A stretch of DNA of 64,000 nt from Caulobacteraceae bacterium (GCA_965277425.1 CBDICR010000005.1:450316-514315), one strand, 5' to 3'. Positions 28,222 to 43,324 are shown, counted from the stretch's first letter. The notes: a model not told the origin generated them from the letters alone. Numbers and translations: made by a program.

Positions 28222-29451
28222 CTAGGCGGCGACCTCTTTCATGGAAATGGATGGATCGGCAAGCCTCTCGCGCGCGATGACGCGACGTGAACCGATCAAT
28301 TGACGGCCGCCCATGAATTCCGCCGGGGCGTTCACCGCCTCGACGGCCTGCACCCTGCCCTGGTTCAGATGGAAGACCGCGAAGTGGGCGTTGGCCGGAT
28401 CGCCGCGCACCAGGACCTCGTCGACATCGAAGGGCAGGCCGGCGAGCTGCATCTTCAGATCGTACTGATCCGACCAGTTCCACGGCACCTCGTGCGGCGG
28501 CGGCGGCCGGCCGGCGATGGCGCAGGCCGCCTGCTTGGCCTGCTCCAGCGCGCTGGGCACGCTCTCGGGGCGGAACTGGCGGCCATAGAGCGGCATGGGC
28601 CGCAGCGTCACGTCGCCGATGGCGAAAACCGATGCATCCGAGGTGCGGGCCGCCTCGTCGACGATGACGCCGACTGCGCAGTTCAGGCCGGCCTCGCGCG
28701 CCAGTTCGTCGTTGGGGATCGCCCCCACCCCGACCAGGACGACGTCGCAGGCGATCAATCGGCCATCGCCCAGGCGCACGCCGGCGACGCGGCCGTTCAC
28801 GCCCTCGAAACCGGTGATCTCGGCCCCGAGTTCGAAAACCACGCCCCGCGCCTCATGGTAGGATTTGAAGAAGCCGGAGAGGGTCGCGTTCGCCACCCTG
28901 GCCAGGACGCGAGGCTCGCGCTCGATGACCACGGCTTCGGCGCCCAAGGCGCGGGCGGAGGCCGCCACCTCCAGCCCGATATAGCCGCCGCCGATCACCG
29001 CCAGCCGCCGGCCGGGGCCAAGCTCGGCCTTCAGCGCCTCGGCGTCGGCGGCGCTGCGCAGCACGCGCACGCCATCGAGATTTGCGCCGTCGATATCCAG
29101 CCGCCGCGGCCGCGCCCCGGTGGCGAGGATGAGGATGTCGTAGGCGAGGTCTTCGCCCCGGCTCAGTCGCAGCCGGCCGGCGCCGCGATCGATCGCTTCG
29201 GCGCGCACGCCCAGGCGAAGGTCGATGCCGTGCTCGGCATAAAAGCTCTCCGGCTTCAGGGTCAGGGCGTCCTCGTCCGCCTCGCCCTTGAGCCAGGCCT
29301 TGGACAGCGGCGGCCGCTGATAGGGCGGGATCGGCTCCTCGCCGATCAGGGTGATCGGTCCGGCGAAGCCGTACTGGCGCAGATTGGCCGCGGCCATGCC
29401 CGCGCCGTGGCCCGCGCCGATCATGACGACCTTGGACGTTTCCTCACCCAT
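28222..29451 (-). CDS. FAD-dependent ferredoxin--NAD(P)+ reductase (putidaredoxin-reductase-like)
   Basis: Two dinucleotide-binding motifs (VVMIGAGHGAGMAA and RLAVIGGGYIGLEVAA). Lies 17 bp upstream of the ferredoxin gene on the same strand. Confidence 0.8.
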   Translation of the reverse strand: MGEETSKVVMIGAGHGAGMAAANLRQYGFAGPITLIGEEPIPPYQRPPLSKAWLKGEADEDALTLKPESFYAEHGIDLRLGVRAEAIDRGAGRLRLSRGEDLAYDILILATGARPRRLDIDGANLDGVRVLRSAADAEALKAELGPGRRLAVIGGGYIGLEVAASARALGAEAVVIEREPRVLARVANATLSGFFKSYHEARGVVFELGAEITGFEGVNGRVAGVRLGDGRLIACDVVLVGVGAIPNDELAREAGLNCAVGVIVDEAARTSDASVFAIGDVTLRPMPLYGRQFRPESVPSALEQAKQAACAIAGRPPPPHEVPWNWSDQYDLKMQLAGLPFDVDEVLVRGDPANAHFAVFHLNQGRVQAVEAVNAPAEFMGGRQLIGSRRVIARERLADPSISMKEVAA

Positions 29452-29539
29452 TATCGACCCGATGCAGAATAATGACGGCGGCGTCAACTTACCGTCTCTT
29501 CACTTGGCGCCATACAGGACGTATGGCATATTGAGCCGT

Positions 29540-29773
29540 ATGAATGATACGCGGAAAATTACGGCGATCCTTCCACGGCAACTGCTTGCAACCGCTCAGG
29601 AATACACCGGCGCGGGCGTCGCCGAGACCTTGAAGATCGCCTTGGAAAGGTTGGCGCGCGAGCAGTTTTATGGCCGCATGCGCGAGCTTCGTGGCAAGGT
29701 GAAGCCAGATATTGATCTCAACGAACTCCGCGAAGATCGCGAGTTCGACGAGCACGGCAACGTCATCAATTGA
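29540..29773 (+). CDS. vapB: type II antitoxin VapB-like (RHH/Arc-type)
   Basis: 77 aa. Overlaps the downstream PIN-domain gene by 4 bp. The N-terminal region (ITAILPRQLLATAQEY...ETLKIALERLA) is consistent with a ribbon-helix-helix fold. Confidence 0.55.
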   Translation: MNDTRKITAILPRQLLATAQEYTGAGVAETLKIALERLAREQFYGRMRELRGKVKPDIDLNELREDREFDEHGNVIN

Positions 29774-30141
29774 TCGGGGCCGACACCTCAAGCCTCATCG
29801 CCTATCTCGCCGGAGAGCAGGGCGCGGACGTCGATCAGATCGGCGAGGCGATGGCGGCGGACGAATTGCGGCTACCGCCGCCGACGGTCACGGAACTGCT
29901 GTCCAAGCCATCGGCGCAACTGGAGTACCTCTTGCACAGCGTGCCGTTACTCGCTTTGACGCCCGGCTTTTGGGTTCGCGCAGGCAAGGCCCGCGGGCTC
30001 CTGCAGTCGAAAGGCCTGAAGGCGAAGCTGGCGGACAGCCTGATCGCCCAGTGCTGCATCGACGCCGACGTCGCCCTGATCGCGCGTGACGTCGACTATC
30101 GGCATTTCGCGAAATGGTGCGGGCTGAGGCTGGCCGAATAG
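29770..30141 (+). CDS. vapC: type II toxin VapC (PIN-domain ribonuclease)
   Basis: PIN acidic residues (D in IGADTSSLIAYL, and IAQCCIDADVALIARDVDYRHF). TTG start overlapping the vapB stop. Confidence 0.75.
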   Translation: MIGADTSSLIAYLAGEQGADVDQIGEAMAADELRLPPPTVTELLSKPSAQLEYLLHSVPLLALTPGFWVRAGKARGLLQSKGLKAKLADSLIAQCCIDADVALIARDVDYRHFAKWCGLRLAE

Positions 30142-30147
30142 CCGGCC

Positions 30148-30942
30148 TTAAACCACCCGTTCGACCATCATATGCTTGATCTCGGCGATCGCCTTGGCGG
30201 GGTTCAGCCCCTTGGGGCAGACCTGGGCGCAATTCATGATGGTGTGGCAGCGGTAGAGCTTGAACGGGTCTTCCAGATCGTCGAGCCGCGCGCCGGTCGC
30301 CTCGTCGCGGCTGTCGGCCAGCCAGCGGTAGGACTGCAAAAGCGCGGCCGGGCCAAGGTATTTCTCGCCGTTCCACCAATAGCTCGGGCAGGAGGTCGAG
30401 CAGCAGGCGCAGAGGATGCATTCGTAGAGCCCGTCGAGCTTTTCGCGATCCTCGGGCGACTGGCGCCATTCCTTTTGCGGCTCCGGCGTGGTGGTCTGCA
30501 GCCAGGGCTGGATCGAGGCGTACTGGGCGAAGAAGATCGAGAGGTCGGGGATCAGGTCCTTGATCACCGCTTGGTGCGGCAGGGGAGAGATCTGGATCTC
30601 CTTGCCGGGAACCTCTTCCCAGCCGTGGGTGCAGGCCAGCGTATTGCGGCCGCCGATGTTCATGGCGCAGGAGCCGCACACGCCCTCGCGGCAGGAGCGC
30701 CGGAAGGCCAGGGTCGGGTCCATGGTGTTCTTGATGTGGATCAGCACGTCCAGCAGCATGGGCCCGCACTGATCGACGGCCACGTCATAGACGTCCCAGC
30801 GCGGGTTACCGTCGGCTTCCGGATCCCAGCGATAGACGCGAAAAGCCTTGACGGTCTTGGCGTCGGCCGGCGCCGGCCAATGCCTGCCCGTCTTGACCTT
30901 GGAGTTCTGCGGCAGCGTCAGCGCGACCATGCGGGCGACCAT
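30148..30942 (-). CDS. sdhB: succinate dehydrogenase iron-sulfur subunit
   Basis: 2Fe-2S ([11 protein letters not shown]), 4Fe-4S and 3Fe-4S ([25 protein letters not shown]) cysteine clusters. Confidence 0.95.
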   Translation of the reverse strand: MVARMVALTLPQNSKVKTGRHWPAPADAKTVKAFRVYRWDPEADGNPRWDVYDVAVDQCGPMLLDVLIHIKNTMDPTLAFRRSCREGVCGSCAMNIGGRNTLACTHGWEEVPGKEIQISPLPHQAVIKDLIPDLSIFFAQYASIQPWLQTTTPEPQKEWRQSPEDREKLDGLYECILCACCSTSCPSYWWNGEKYLGPAALLQSYRWLADSRDEATGARLDDLEDPFKLYRCHTIMNCAQVCPKGLNPAKAIAEIKHMMVERVV

Positions 30943-30998
30943 CCCTTGTCTGAACCGACCTAGTCCCTAGACCGGCGCACGGCGCCTGTCCACGCTGC

Positions 30999-33050
30999 TC
31001 AGGACCCTTGCGGCGGCGCGGCGCCATTGGTGCGCGGCGCCGGCGGGCGCGAACGCGGAGTCGCGGCCGTTGGCGCGCCCGAACCGTCCGAAAGCCTTTG
31101 CATGGCAAGGGGAACGAGCGCGTTCAAGCTGGCCCCCAGACCGCCCTCGCCAAGGTTGAGCGCCAGATTCTCCGGCATGAAACGCTGGGCGCCGGCGGCC
31201 AGTTCGCGCACGGCGTTGATCATCGCGGTCTGGTTCTTCCCCACCGCCAGCTGCTGGGCCTCTAGGCCCTTGGCGATGGCCAGCCCCTCGGCTTCGGTCT
31301 TCACCGCGCTGGCCCGGCCGACCTTCTCGAGGCGGTAGGATTCACCGTCGGCCTCGGCCTGGACGCCCGAGGCCTTGTTGCGGGCGATGTCGACCCCGAC
31401 GGACGAGCGCGCCAGATCGGTCTGCATGTCGGCGCGGCCCTTTGCGGCCTCCATGTCCAGCCGCTTCTCCTGGGCGGACTTTTCAGCCTGGAAGGTCTGC
31501 TGCTGCTGGTTGGCGATCTCGCGCGCGGTCAGCACCTCGACCAGCTGCGGCGGGAAGACAACGTCCTGGATATAGACCCCGCGCGTCTCGACCCGGTACT
31601 CCTTCAGCTTTTCGGTGATGTGGGCCTGCGCCTCGGCCTGGATGTCCTGGCGCTTTTCGATGAAGTCGATGGCCGGCATCGACTGCAGCTTGTCGCGGAA
31701 ATGGTTGCCGACGGCCGCCTGCAGAATCTCGTTCACCAGGTTGGTCATGGTGCCGACGGTGGAGATCACCTTGGGCGCCTCGGTATCGGGAACGTGGATC
31801 TGCACCTGCAGATCGAGCGCGAAGACAAAGCCTTCACGGGACTTGGCGACGATCTGGTGCAAATCCTTGTCGAAATTGTGCGCCGTCGAGCTCGCATCGG
31901 CCCAGTTCAGCGTGAGGATGAAGGTGGGCACGATCTCCGCCGAATAGCAGCGCGGATTGATGGCGTATTTGCCGGTACGCAAGGGCTCCTGCCAGATGCC
32001 ACGGTGGCCAGGGCGAACCAGATGGCCGAACTTGAAGTCGACGCCGGACGTATCCTCCGTGGCGAGGCCGACATAGGCCTTGATCACCGCGACCTGGCCT
32101 TGCTGCACCACCAGCATCGGGGTCATCTCCACCGCGACCAGGAAGGGGTTGAGGGTGTAGGCGCCGTAGAGCAGCGGGTCGTGTTGCAGGCCGATGCGCC
32201 CGCCGTTGTCCAGAAAGGCCTGGAAGTCCTGATAGTTGTTATGGATGTCATTCTTGACCGACAGCAGCGCCTCGACGAGGTCCTCGTCCTTGACCTGCGG
32301 ATCGACCTCGAGCGCGGTGATGTCGTCGAAGTCGCCGATCCGGTTGGCGATGGCGCCCTTGGGCAGGGGCTGGCCTTCCAGGGTGGTGACGATCCCGATG
32401 GTATCGATGATACGCCCGTCCGCCTGCTCGGTCGGCTCGATACGCGTGACGTTCAGTTGAGACGGCTTCAATCCGAACGTGGCGCAGCTTAGGCCCCCTT
32501 TGGCGCCGAGCTTGGCGTAGGTCTCGTCGACCGGCACGCCGAACACGCGCTCGCGCCCGATGACCATGAACCCGATCGGGTGGATCGGCGCCACGGTGCC
32601 CGGCGGCAAGACGGCTCTTTGCACCCCCTTCTGGCCGCCGCCTTCCATGAAGACGGCCAGGTCGTCAAAGTTGCCGAACGCCGTCTTGTAGATCGCCGAC
32701 TTGGCGCCGATCGGCAGGTTCGATCCCACCTGGGCGATGACGACGCCGATCTGGCCGGCCGGTATCTGCACCATGGGATGGCGCGTCACGGTGTACAGGG
32801 GCCACAGCTTGAAGCGCAGGCCCGGCGTCAAAAGCCTCGCCTGATAGCCGGCCTCGCCCTTGAAGGCGATCGGGCCGTCCCGGTTCTGGCTGGAGCCGAA
32901 GCGTTTGCGCACCAGCCCGACCTCCGTCGGGCCGATGGTCCAGGACGAGCGCATAAGGACAACAAGCGTGGCCAGGCCCAAGACAAGGCAAAGCCCATCC
33001 ACAAGCCCGTTCCGGGCAAGGGTGTGAAGAAGATCGGACACTGAGGTCAC
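30999..33050 (-). CDS. flotillin-family SPFH/band-7 protein (YqiK-like)
   Basis: N-terminal TM helix and SPFH domain. A long Ala/Glu/Gln-rich coiled-coil follows (QAEKSAQEKRLDMEAAKGRADMQTDLARSS...). No adjacent NfeD gene. Sits between sdhA and sdhB on the same strand. Confidence 0.8.
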   Translation of the reverse strand: MTSVSDLLHTLARNGLVDGLCLVLGLATLVVLMRSSWTIGPTEVGLVRKRFGSSQNRDGPIAFKGEAGYQARLLTPGLRFKLWPLYTVTRHPMVQIPAGQIGVVIAQVGSNLPIGAKSAIYKTAFGNFDDLAVFMEGGGQKGVQRAVLPPGTVAPIHPIGFMVIGRERVFGVPVDETYAKLGAKGGLSCATFGLKPSQLNVTRIEPTEQADGRIIDTIGIVTTLEGQPLPKGAIANRIGDFDDITALEVDPQVKDEDLVEALLSVKNDIHNNYQDFQAFLDNGGRIGLQHDPLLYGAYTLNPFLVAVEMTPMLVVQQGQVAVIKAYVGLATEDTSGVDFKFGHLVRPGHRGIWQEPLRTGKYAINPRCYSAEIVPTFILTLNWADASSTAHNFDKDLHQIVAKSREGFVFALDLQVQIHVPDTEAPKVISTVGTMTNLVNEILQAAVGNHFRDKLQSMPAIDFIEKRQDIQAEAQAHITEKLKEYRVETRGVYIQDVVFPPQLVEVLTAREIANQQQQTFQAEKSAQEKRLDMEAAKGRADMQTDLARSSVGVDIARNKASGVQAEADGESYRLEKVGRASAVKTEAEGLAIAKGLEAQQLAVGKNQTAMINAVRELAAGAQRFMPENLALNLGEGGLGASLNALVPLAMQRLSDGSGAPTAATPRSRPPAPRTNGAAPPQGS

Positions 33051-33149
33051 CCCGAAAATGCGGCCAAATCGGCGCGCACGCTAAAGGTAAACCCTCCCAC
33101 GCTTAAGCTAAGAGTTGATCGCGCGGATGTGATCGAAAAGCGACGCCGC

Positions 33150-34937
33150 TCAATAGACCCGCGGCTTGGGCGGGATGGAGGCGATGTCGTTGCTCATCGG
33201 CTGGGCGTGGACCGGGCGGTACTCGATCCTGACCTTGCCGGTGGCGGGATCGAGCCAGGCCAGGGTGTGCTTCATCCAATCGACGTCGTCGCGGTCGGCA
33301 AAGTCCTCGCGCGCGTGGGCGCCGCGGCTCTCTTCCCGGTTCAGCGCGCCGGTCACCGTCACGGCCGCCTGCACGATCAGATTGTCCAGCTCCAGCGTCT
33401 CGATCAGGTCGGTGTTCCACACCAGGCCACGATCGAAGGTCTTGATGTCGGCCATGTCGGCCAGGACCTTGTCGATCCGCTGGACACCGCTCTTCAGCGT
33501 CTCGCCCGTGCGGAAGACCGCCGCGTCCTCGGTCATGGCCAGCTGCATCCGGTCGCGCAGCACCGCGGTCGGCGTGCCGCCATTGGCGTTGCGGAAGTGG
33601 TCGAAACGATCGAGCACCGCCTCGGTGTGCTGCGGTTTCAGCTCCACCATGCGATCGCCGGGTTTCAAAAGGTCGGCGCAGCGCAGGCCGGCGGCGCGGC
33701 CGAACACCACCAGGTCGACCAGGCTGTTGGAGCCGAGCCGGTTGGAGCCGTGAACGGAGACGCAGGCCGCCTCGCCGACCGCCATCAGGCCCGGCACGAC
33801 GTGGTCGGGATCGCCGCCCGCCTGGGTCACGACCTGGGCGTGATAGTTGGTCTGGATGCCGCCCATATTGTAGTGGACCGTCGGTAGGACCGGGATCGGC
33901 GCCTTGGTCACGTCGACATTGGCGAAGACCTTCGCCGTCTCGGAAATGCCGGGCAGGCGCTCGTGCAGCACCTTGGGATCCAGATGGTCCAGGTGCAGGA
34001 AGATGTGGTCCTTCTTCGGGCCGACGCCGCGGCCGGCGCGGATTTCCATGGTCATGGCGCGCGAGACCATGTCGCGGGGCGCCAGGTCCTTCACGCTGGG
34101 CGCATAGCGCTCCATGAAGCGCTCGCCCTCGGAATTGGTCAGATAGCCGCCCTCGCCGCGGGCGCCCTCGGTGATCAGGCAGCCGGCGCCATAGATGCCG
34201 GTCGGGTGGAACTGGACGAACTCCATGTCCTGCAGGGGCAGTCCGGCGCGCAGCACCATGCCGCCGCCGTCGCCGGTGCAGGTATGGGCCGAGGTGCAGG
34301 AGGCGTAGGCGCGGCCATAGCCGCCGGTGGCCAATATGGTGGTCTGGGCCTGGAACCGGTGCAGCGTGCCGTCGTCCAGCTTCCAGGCGACAAGGCCCAG
34401 GCAGGCCTCGCCCTCCATGATCAGGTCGATGGCGAAATACTCGATGAAGAACTCGACATCGTGCTTCAGGGCCTGGCCATACATGGTGTGCAGCATGGCG
34501 TGGCCGGTGCGGTCGGCCGCCGCGCAGGTGCGCTGGATCGGTCCCTCGCCGTAGTTCTTGGTCATGCCGCCGAAGGCGCGCTGATAGATCTTGCCCTCCT
34601 CGGTGCGCGAGAAGGGCACGCCCCAGTGCTCGAGCTCGTAGACGGCGGTCGGGGCGTTGCGCACCAGGTATTCGATGGCGTCCTGGTCGCCCAGCCAGTC
34701 GGCGCCCTTGACGGTGTCGTACATGTGCCAGCGCCAGTCGTCCGGGCTCATATTGCCCAGGCTGGCGGCGATGCCGCCCTGGGCGGCGACGGTGTGCGAG
34801 CGCGTCGGGAAGACCTTGGTGATGCAGGCGGTCTTCAGGCCGGCCTCGGCGCAGCCCAGCGCGGCGCGCAGGCCCGAGCCGCCGGCCCCGACCACCAGCA
34901 CGTCGAACCTGTGGTCGATGAGTTCGTAAGCCGCCAT
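33150..34937 (-). CDS. sdhA: succinate dehydrogenase flavoprotein subunit
   Basis: FAD-binding [11 protein letters not shown], the covalent-FAD His region ([10 protein letters not shown]) and active-site HPTG. The ATG overlaps the sdhD stop (ATGA). Confidence 0.95.
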   Translation of the reverse strand: MAAYELIDHRFDVLVVGAGGSGLRAALGCAEAGLKTACITKVFPTRSHTVAAQGGIAASLGNMSPDDWRWHMYDTVKGADWLGDQDAIEYLVRNAPTAVYELEHWGVPFSRTEEGKIYQRAFGGMTKNYGEGPIQRTCAAADRTGHAMLHTMYGQALKHDVEFFIEYFAIDLIMEGEACLGLVAWKLDDGTLHRFQAQTTILATGGYGRAYASCTSAHTCTGDGGGMVLRAGLPLQDMEFVQFHPTGIYGAGCLITEGARGEGGYLTNSEGERFMERYAPSVKDLAPRDMVSRAMTMEIRAGRGVGPKKDHIFLHLDHLDPKVLHERLPGISETAKVFANVDVTKAPIPVLPTVHYNMGGIQTNYHAQVVTQAGGDPDHVVPGLMAVGEAACVSVHGSNRLGSNSLVDLVVFGRAAGLRCADLLKPGDRMVELKPQHTEAVLDRFDHFRNANGGTPTAVLRDRMQLAMTEDAAVFRTGETLKSGVQRIDKVLADMADIKTFDRGLVWNTDLIETLELDNLIVQAAVTVTGALNREESRGAHAREDFADRDDVDWMKHTLAWLDPATGKVRIEYRPVHAQPMSNDIASIPPKPRVY

Positions 34938-35329
34938 CAATAAATCCCGTTCGAGAGGGCGACCTTGAGAACCGAAAAGACGCCGATCGCGCCGATGAGC
35001 CAGGCGGCGAAAAGGTTGAGGGTGAGGAGCAGGGCCTTGGTCGTCGGCCGCTCGATATAGTCCAGGATGATCTCGGCCATGCCGATGCGCATGTGGAAGA
35101 CCCCCACCCCGATCAAAAGGGCCATGAGGATGGCGTTGACCGGCGCCTGCATCCAGGCTGACGCCGCGGCGTGGTCGGCGCCGGCGAGGCTCAAGCCCGC
35201 ATAGACGCCCCACAACGTCAGCAGCACCAGGGCCGCGGCCGAGACGCGCTGGGCGATGAAGCCGCCCGCGCCATGCCTGGCGGGGCCAAGGCCGCGAACC
35301 CGGCCGAGCGGGGTGCGATAACCGCTCAT
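34937..35329 (-). CDS. sdhD: succinate dehydrogenase hydrophobic membrane anchor subunit
   Basis: 130-aa three-TM protein between sdhC and sdhA, with a 4-bp overlap to sdhC. Confidence 0.8.
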   Translation of the reverse strand: MSGYRTPLGRVRGLGPARHGAGGFIAQRVSAAALVLLTLWGVYAGLSLAGADHAAASAWMQAPVNAILMALLIGVGVFHMRIGMAEIILDYIERPTTKALLLTLNLFAAWLIGAIGVFSVLKVALSNGIY

Positions 35330-35751
35330 GCCAGGGCTCCCATCATGCCGGCCGCGACCCAGACCCCGATCGTGGCCAGGACGGCGAAGGCGATGACGGC
35401 GGCGGCCGTCATGTCGGCGGTCTTGGGCTGAAAGCCCGCGCCGAAGTCCCAGACCAGGTGCCTGACCCCGTTGGCGAGATGGTAGAAGAGCGAAAGCGTG
35501 ATCCCGATCAGCACCAGCTTGCCGAGCGGCGAGCCGAGGATCAGGCGGAAATGGTCATAGGCCGCCGGGCCGACGGCCAGGGCCAGGGCCCAGCCGGCGA
35601 GGATCAGGGCCGCGCCGTAGAGCGCCACGCCGGTCGCCCGGTGCAGGATCGACGTCAGCATGGTCAGATGCCAGCGCCAGACTGAAACATAGGGCGACAT
35701 CGGCCGGTCGGCGGGTTTGGGGGGGGTGTGGCTGGCTGGGGCTTCACTCAT
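35326..35751 (-). CDS. sdhC: succinate dehydrogenase cytochrome b556 subunit
   Basis: 141 aa with TM helices and a conserved heme-ligand His region ([16 protein letters not shown]). First gene of the operon. Confidence 0.8.
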   Translation of the reverse strand: MSEAPASHTPPKPADRPMSPYVSVWRWHLTMLTSILHRATGVALYGAALILAGWALALAVGPAAYDHFRLILGSPLGKLVLIGITLSLFYHLANGVRHLVWDFGAGFQPKTADMTAAAVIAFAVLATIGVWVAAGMMGALA

Positions 35752-35910
35752 CGCCGGGCCCTCCCTGGCAAGCCCTCACCGGCGGCTTTTAAGCCGCGGC
35801 GTCCGGGTGTCAACGAAACCGAAGACCCTATGCCGCGTTTCGCCGATCGGGCAGGATGGCGCGCGGCGCCGGCGGGCGAGCGCCTTGCAGCGTCGGGGTG
35901 TGATCAATCT

Positions 35911-39871
<3,961 letters not shown>

Positions 39872-39897
39872 GGCCTCCTCCGCCCTTTTCAGGCGCG

Positions 39898-41016
39898 CTA
39901 AACCCTCAGCGGCATCAGCACGTATTGCACGTCCGGATCGGCCGGATCGAGCACCAGGGTCGGGTCATGCGGCTCGGCGAAGCGGAACTCCGCCGTCTCG
40001 CCCTGGATCTGGTCGGCGACATCGAGCAGGTAGCGGGCGTTGAACCCGACCTCGAACGGCTCGCCGTCATACTCCGCCTCGACTTCCTCGACCGCCTGGC
40101 CGGCCTCCATGTTGCGCACGGTGAGCACGACCTTGCCGCGCTCGACCGCGACCTTCACCGAACGGCTCTTCTCCTCGGAGATGGTCGCCACCCGATCGAC
40201 CGCCCGGGCGAACATGCCGTTATCGACGATGAGGACACGGGTGTTGTCGCGGGGGATCACCCGCACATAGTCGGGAAAGGCGCCGTCGATCACCTTGGAG
40301 GTCAGGGCCGCGCGGCCGAAGTCGAACCGGACCTTCTGGGCGGAGATCTGCACCTCGACGGTTTCGCCGGCGTCCTCGAGCAGCCGCCGAGCCTCGGCCA
40401 CGGTCTTGCGCGGCACGATCACGCCGGGGGCGCCAGCCGCGCCTTCGGGCGCCGGCATCTCCGCCAGGGCCAGGCGGCGCCCGTCCGTCGCCACCGCGCG
40501 CAGCTTGGCGACGCCCGCCTCCACGACGGTGTGCAGGTAGAGCCCGTTCAGATAGTAGCGCGTTTCCTCGGTCGAGATGGCGAAACGGGTGGTGTCGATC
40601 AGCCGGATCAGGTCCTTGGTGTCGATGACGAAGCGGTTGCCCAGGCCGTCGGACGACATGACCGGGAAGTCGCCGGCCGGCAACACCGGCAGGTTGAACT
40701 TGGAGCGGCCGGCTACAACCTGCAATCGCGGGTCGTCGCCCGAATAGCGCAGCTCGACCTCGGAGCCTTCCGGAAGCTTGCGGACGATCTCGTAGAGGGT
40801 ATGGGCCGGCGCGGTGATCTGACCCGCGCCCTCGATGCGTCCGGGGGTCTCGTCGATGATCTCCATGTCGAGGTCGGTGGCCGAAAGCGCCATGGCGTCG
40901 CCGTCGGCGGACAAGAGCACATTGGACAGGATCGGGATCGTATTGCGCCGCTCGACCACGTTCTGCACGTGTCCCAAGGCCTTGAGCAAGGCCGCGCGTT
41001 CGATCGAAAGCTGCAT
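39898..41016 (-). CDS. dnaN: DNA polymerase III subunit beta (sliding clamp)
   Basis: 372 aa with three-domain beta-clamp layout. Directly downstream of dnaA. Confidence 0.95.
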   Translation of the reverse strand: MQLSIERAALLKALGHVQNVVERRNTIPILSNVLLSADGDAMALSATDLDMEIIDETPGRIEGAGQITAPAHTLYEIVRKLPEGSEVELRYSGDDPRLQVVAGRSKFNLPVLPAGDFPVMSSDGLGNRFVIDTKDLIRLIDTTRFAISTEETRYYLNGLYLHTVVEAGVAKLRAVATDGRRLALAEMPAPEGAAGAPGVIVPRKTVAEARRLLEDAGETVEVQISAQKVRFDFGRAALTSKVIDGAFPDYVRVIPRDNTRVLIVDNGMFARAVDRVATISEEKSRSVKVAVERGKVVLTVRNMEAGQAVEEVEAEYDGEPFEVGFNARYLLDVADQIQGETAEFRFAEPHDPTLVLDPADPDVQYVLMPLRV

Positions 41017-41120
41017 CTGGACGTCCGAATCCCGACCGCTGTGGCCCCCATGCCCCCCGCGCGGTCCGTCTTCAAGGGGGTTGCGGAGATTAGCGGAAAA
41101 CCGCAGCCAGGGAAGAGGCC

Positions 41121-42560
41121 TCAGCCCCTGAGTTTGCGGGTCAGGACCTCAAGATCGCGGGTCAGTTGGGCGTCGTCGGCCTTGAGCGCCTCGATGCGGC
41201 GCACGGCGTGCAGCACGGTGGTGTGATCGCGCCCGCCGAAACGGCGGCCGATGTCGGGCAGGGAGCGGGTGGTGAGGTGTTTCGCCAACCACATCGCCGC
41301 CTGGCGCGGTCGGGCGATGGCGCGATTTCGCCGCTCGGAGATCAGGTCGGCCTGGCGCATGCCATAGTGTTCGGCGGTCGCCTTCTGGATCTCGTCGACG
41401 GTGATCCGCTTCTCGCCGCCGCGCAGGTGCGGTCGCAGGATGGTCTGGGCTTCGTCGAGGCTGAGCGCGCCGACCCCGGCGCCGGCCCGCGCCACCAGGG
41501 TGTTCAGGGCGCCCTCCAGTTCGCGGACGCTGTCGGTGAACCGGTCGGCCAGGAACTCGAGCACCTCGGCGCGGGCGGCCAGGGCGCCAAGGCCCTGTTG
41601 CCGGGCCAGGAGATCGAGCTTGCGCTCAAGAATGCCCAGGCGAAGCGTGCGGTCGGCCGGCTCGATGCCGCAGACCAGCCCCGCCTGCAGGTGCGAGCGC
41701 AGCCGCGCGTCCATCTCGGCCAATTCCGTCGGCGCGCGGTCGCAGGTCAGCACCACGCGGCGGCCGTCCTGGGTCAGGGCGGCCAGGGTGTGGAAGAGTT
41801 CTTCCTGGCTGGACTGCTTGCCGGCGACAAAATGCACGTCGTCGATCAGCAGAAGGTCGGCGGCGCGAAGCTCTTCCTTGAAGGCCGGCCCGGTCTTGTC
41901 CATCAAGGCCCGGACAAAGCCCGAGAGGAACCGCTCCGCGGTCAGGTAGATGATCTTCTTGTCGGGCGCGTTGCGGCCGGCCTCCCAGGCGATGGCGTTC
42001 AGGAGGTGGGTTTTGCCGAAGCCGAAGGGACCATGAAAGATCACCGGGTTGAAGTGGCCGTCGCTCCAGGCGGCCACTCGCCTGGCCATGTCAAAGGCGA
42101 AGTCGTTGGCCGGGCCCTGGACAAAGGTCTCGAAGGTGAAGCGATCCTGCAGGCAGGTTCCGCGCGCCGATCGCGCATCGCTTCGCGGCGTCGTCTCGGG
42201 TTTATCGGCGGGCGCCGGGGCTTCGACCGGCGCCGATGCGCTCGCCGCGGCGCCGGCGGCCGCCTCGAATTCAGCCCTGGACTTCAGGTCGAGCGGGCGA
42301 TGCAGCGGGTCGCCCTTGGCCCAGAGCTCGCTGATCCGCCGCCAGGCGTTGCGGCGCACCCAATCGCGCGCCGTGACGGTCGGCGTGACCAGCGCCAGCG
42401 CCCCATCCGGCGCCTCGCGCAACGCCGCCTGGCCGAGCCAGGAGCCGTAGGTGTCGTCGCCAAGCTCGTCCTTCAGCGCCGCCGCCGCGCGCGACCAGAC
42501 TTCGCCGAGCGCGCTTGCGCCCATGGCCTGGCCCGCCAATCCTCCATAGCCCATCGTCAT
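41121..42560 (-). CDS. dnaA: chromosomal replication initiator protein DnaA
   Basis: AAA+ Walker A (GPFGFGKTHLL), the DnaA signature and a C-terminal box-binding HTH. The Caulobacter-like N-terminus MTMGYGG was chosen as start. Confidence 0.95.
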   Translation of the reverse strand: MTMGYGGLAGQAMGASALGEVWSRAAAALKDELGDDTYGSWLGQAALREAPDGALALVTPTVTARDWVRRNAWRRISELWAKGDPLHRPLDLKSRAEFEAAAGAAASASAPVEAPAPADKPETTPRSDARSARGTCLQDRFTFETFVQGPANDFAFDMARRVAAWSDGHFNPVIFHGPFGFGKTHLLNAIAWEAGRNAPDKKIIYLTAERFLSGFVRALMDKTGPAFKEELRAADLLLIDDVHFVAGKQSSQEELFHTLAALTQDGRRVVLTCDRAPTELAEMDARLRSHLQAGLVCGIEPADRTLRLGILERKLDLLARQQGLGALAARAEVLEFLADRFTDSVRELEGALNTLVARAGAGVGALSLDEAQTILRPHLRGGEKRITVDEIQKATAEHYGMRQADLISERRNRAIARPRQAAMWLAKHLTTRSLPDIGRRFGGRDHTTVLHAVRRIEALKADDAQLTRDLEVLTRKLRG

Positions 42561-42943
42561 CGTGGCCAACCCCCGAACGGTCTTGAGTCCGATTGAAATC
42601 CGCCCGCCCCCCATGACGTGCGGCGTCCAAATCCTACGCGCACAGCCTCACTCGGAAACCGCCCTCCGGCCCCCGATTTCGCAATCGTCCGTACTAAGAT
42701 TGAACTTGGTAAGCCCACAACCTAGCCCCCGGCCGGCGCCGGTCAACGGGGATTCTTAGGCCCCGTTGCAGTTATTTTTCTTGACTCCCAAAAGCCTCTC
42801 ACAGGGCAAGGGAAAGCGAAAAGCGGGAGTCTGTTCACTGAACATTATGTCGCAGCAGCAGACGCGCGGGCGTTTCTGCGCCAACACCTGAGGCCTGAGG
42901 ATAAGGCTTTTGAATCCAGGTATTTAATTCGCCACGAGGCGAA

Positions 42944-43213
42944 CTAAGCTACGGCGAGCGACTTTAGCCGGGCCGCCAGGCGCGACACTTTGCGCGCGCC
43001 GGTATTCTTGTGGACGACGCCCTTGCCGACAGCGCGCATCAACTCCGACTGAGCCTCGATAAAGGCCTTGCTGGCAGCGGTCGCGTCGCCGCTGGAGAGC
43101 GCCTCTTCGAACTTGCGAAGATAGGTCCGCACGCGCGAGCGGCGCGCCTTGTTCACTTCGGTTCTGCGCGCGATCTTGCGGATCGATTTTTTCGCGCCGG
43201 GCGTATTGGCCAT
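42944..43213 (-). CDS. rpsT: 30S ribosomal protein S20
   Basis: 89-aa basic protein ([39 protein letters not shown]). Confidence 0.9.
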   Translation of the reverse strand: MANTPGAKKSIRKIARRTEVNKARRSRVRTYLRKFEEALSSGDATAASKAFIEAQSELMRAVGKGVVHKNTGARKVSRLAARLKSLAVA

Positions 43214-43324
43214 ACCGTATAGAGCCTCGATGGCGGGGCGGCCGAGCCTGGCTCGCCGTCCGGGAATTTCAGGAGTGCGCGCATATACGGGAACGCCGTC
43301 CTAGGGTCAATCGACGGCTTGGCC

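Noticed and set aside
33129-34943. Plus-strand ORFs (33129-33887, 33963-34943) inside sdhA and similar ones inside gyrB (36408-38777), dnaN/dnaA (39925-42596) and maeB (59091-61220)
   Set aside because: All are antisense to highly conserved housekeeping genes and lack any recognisable motif. Classic high-GC shadow ORFs.
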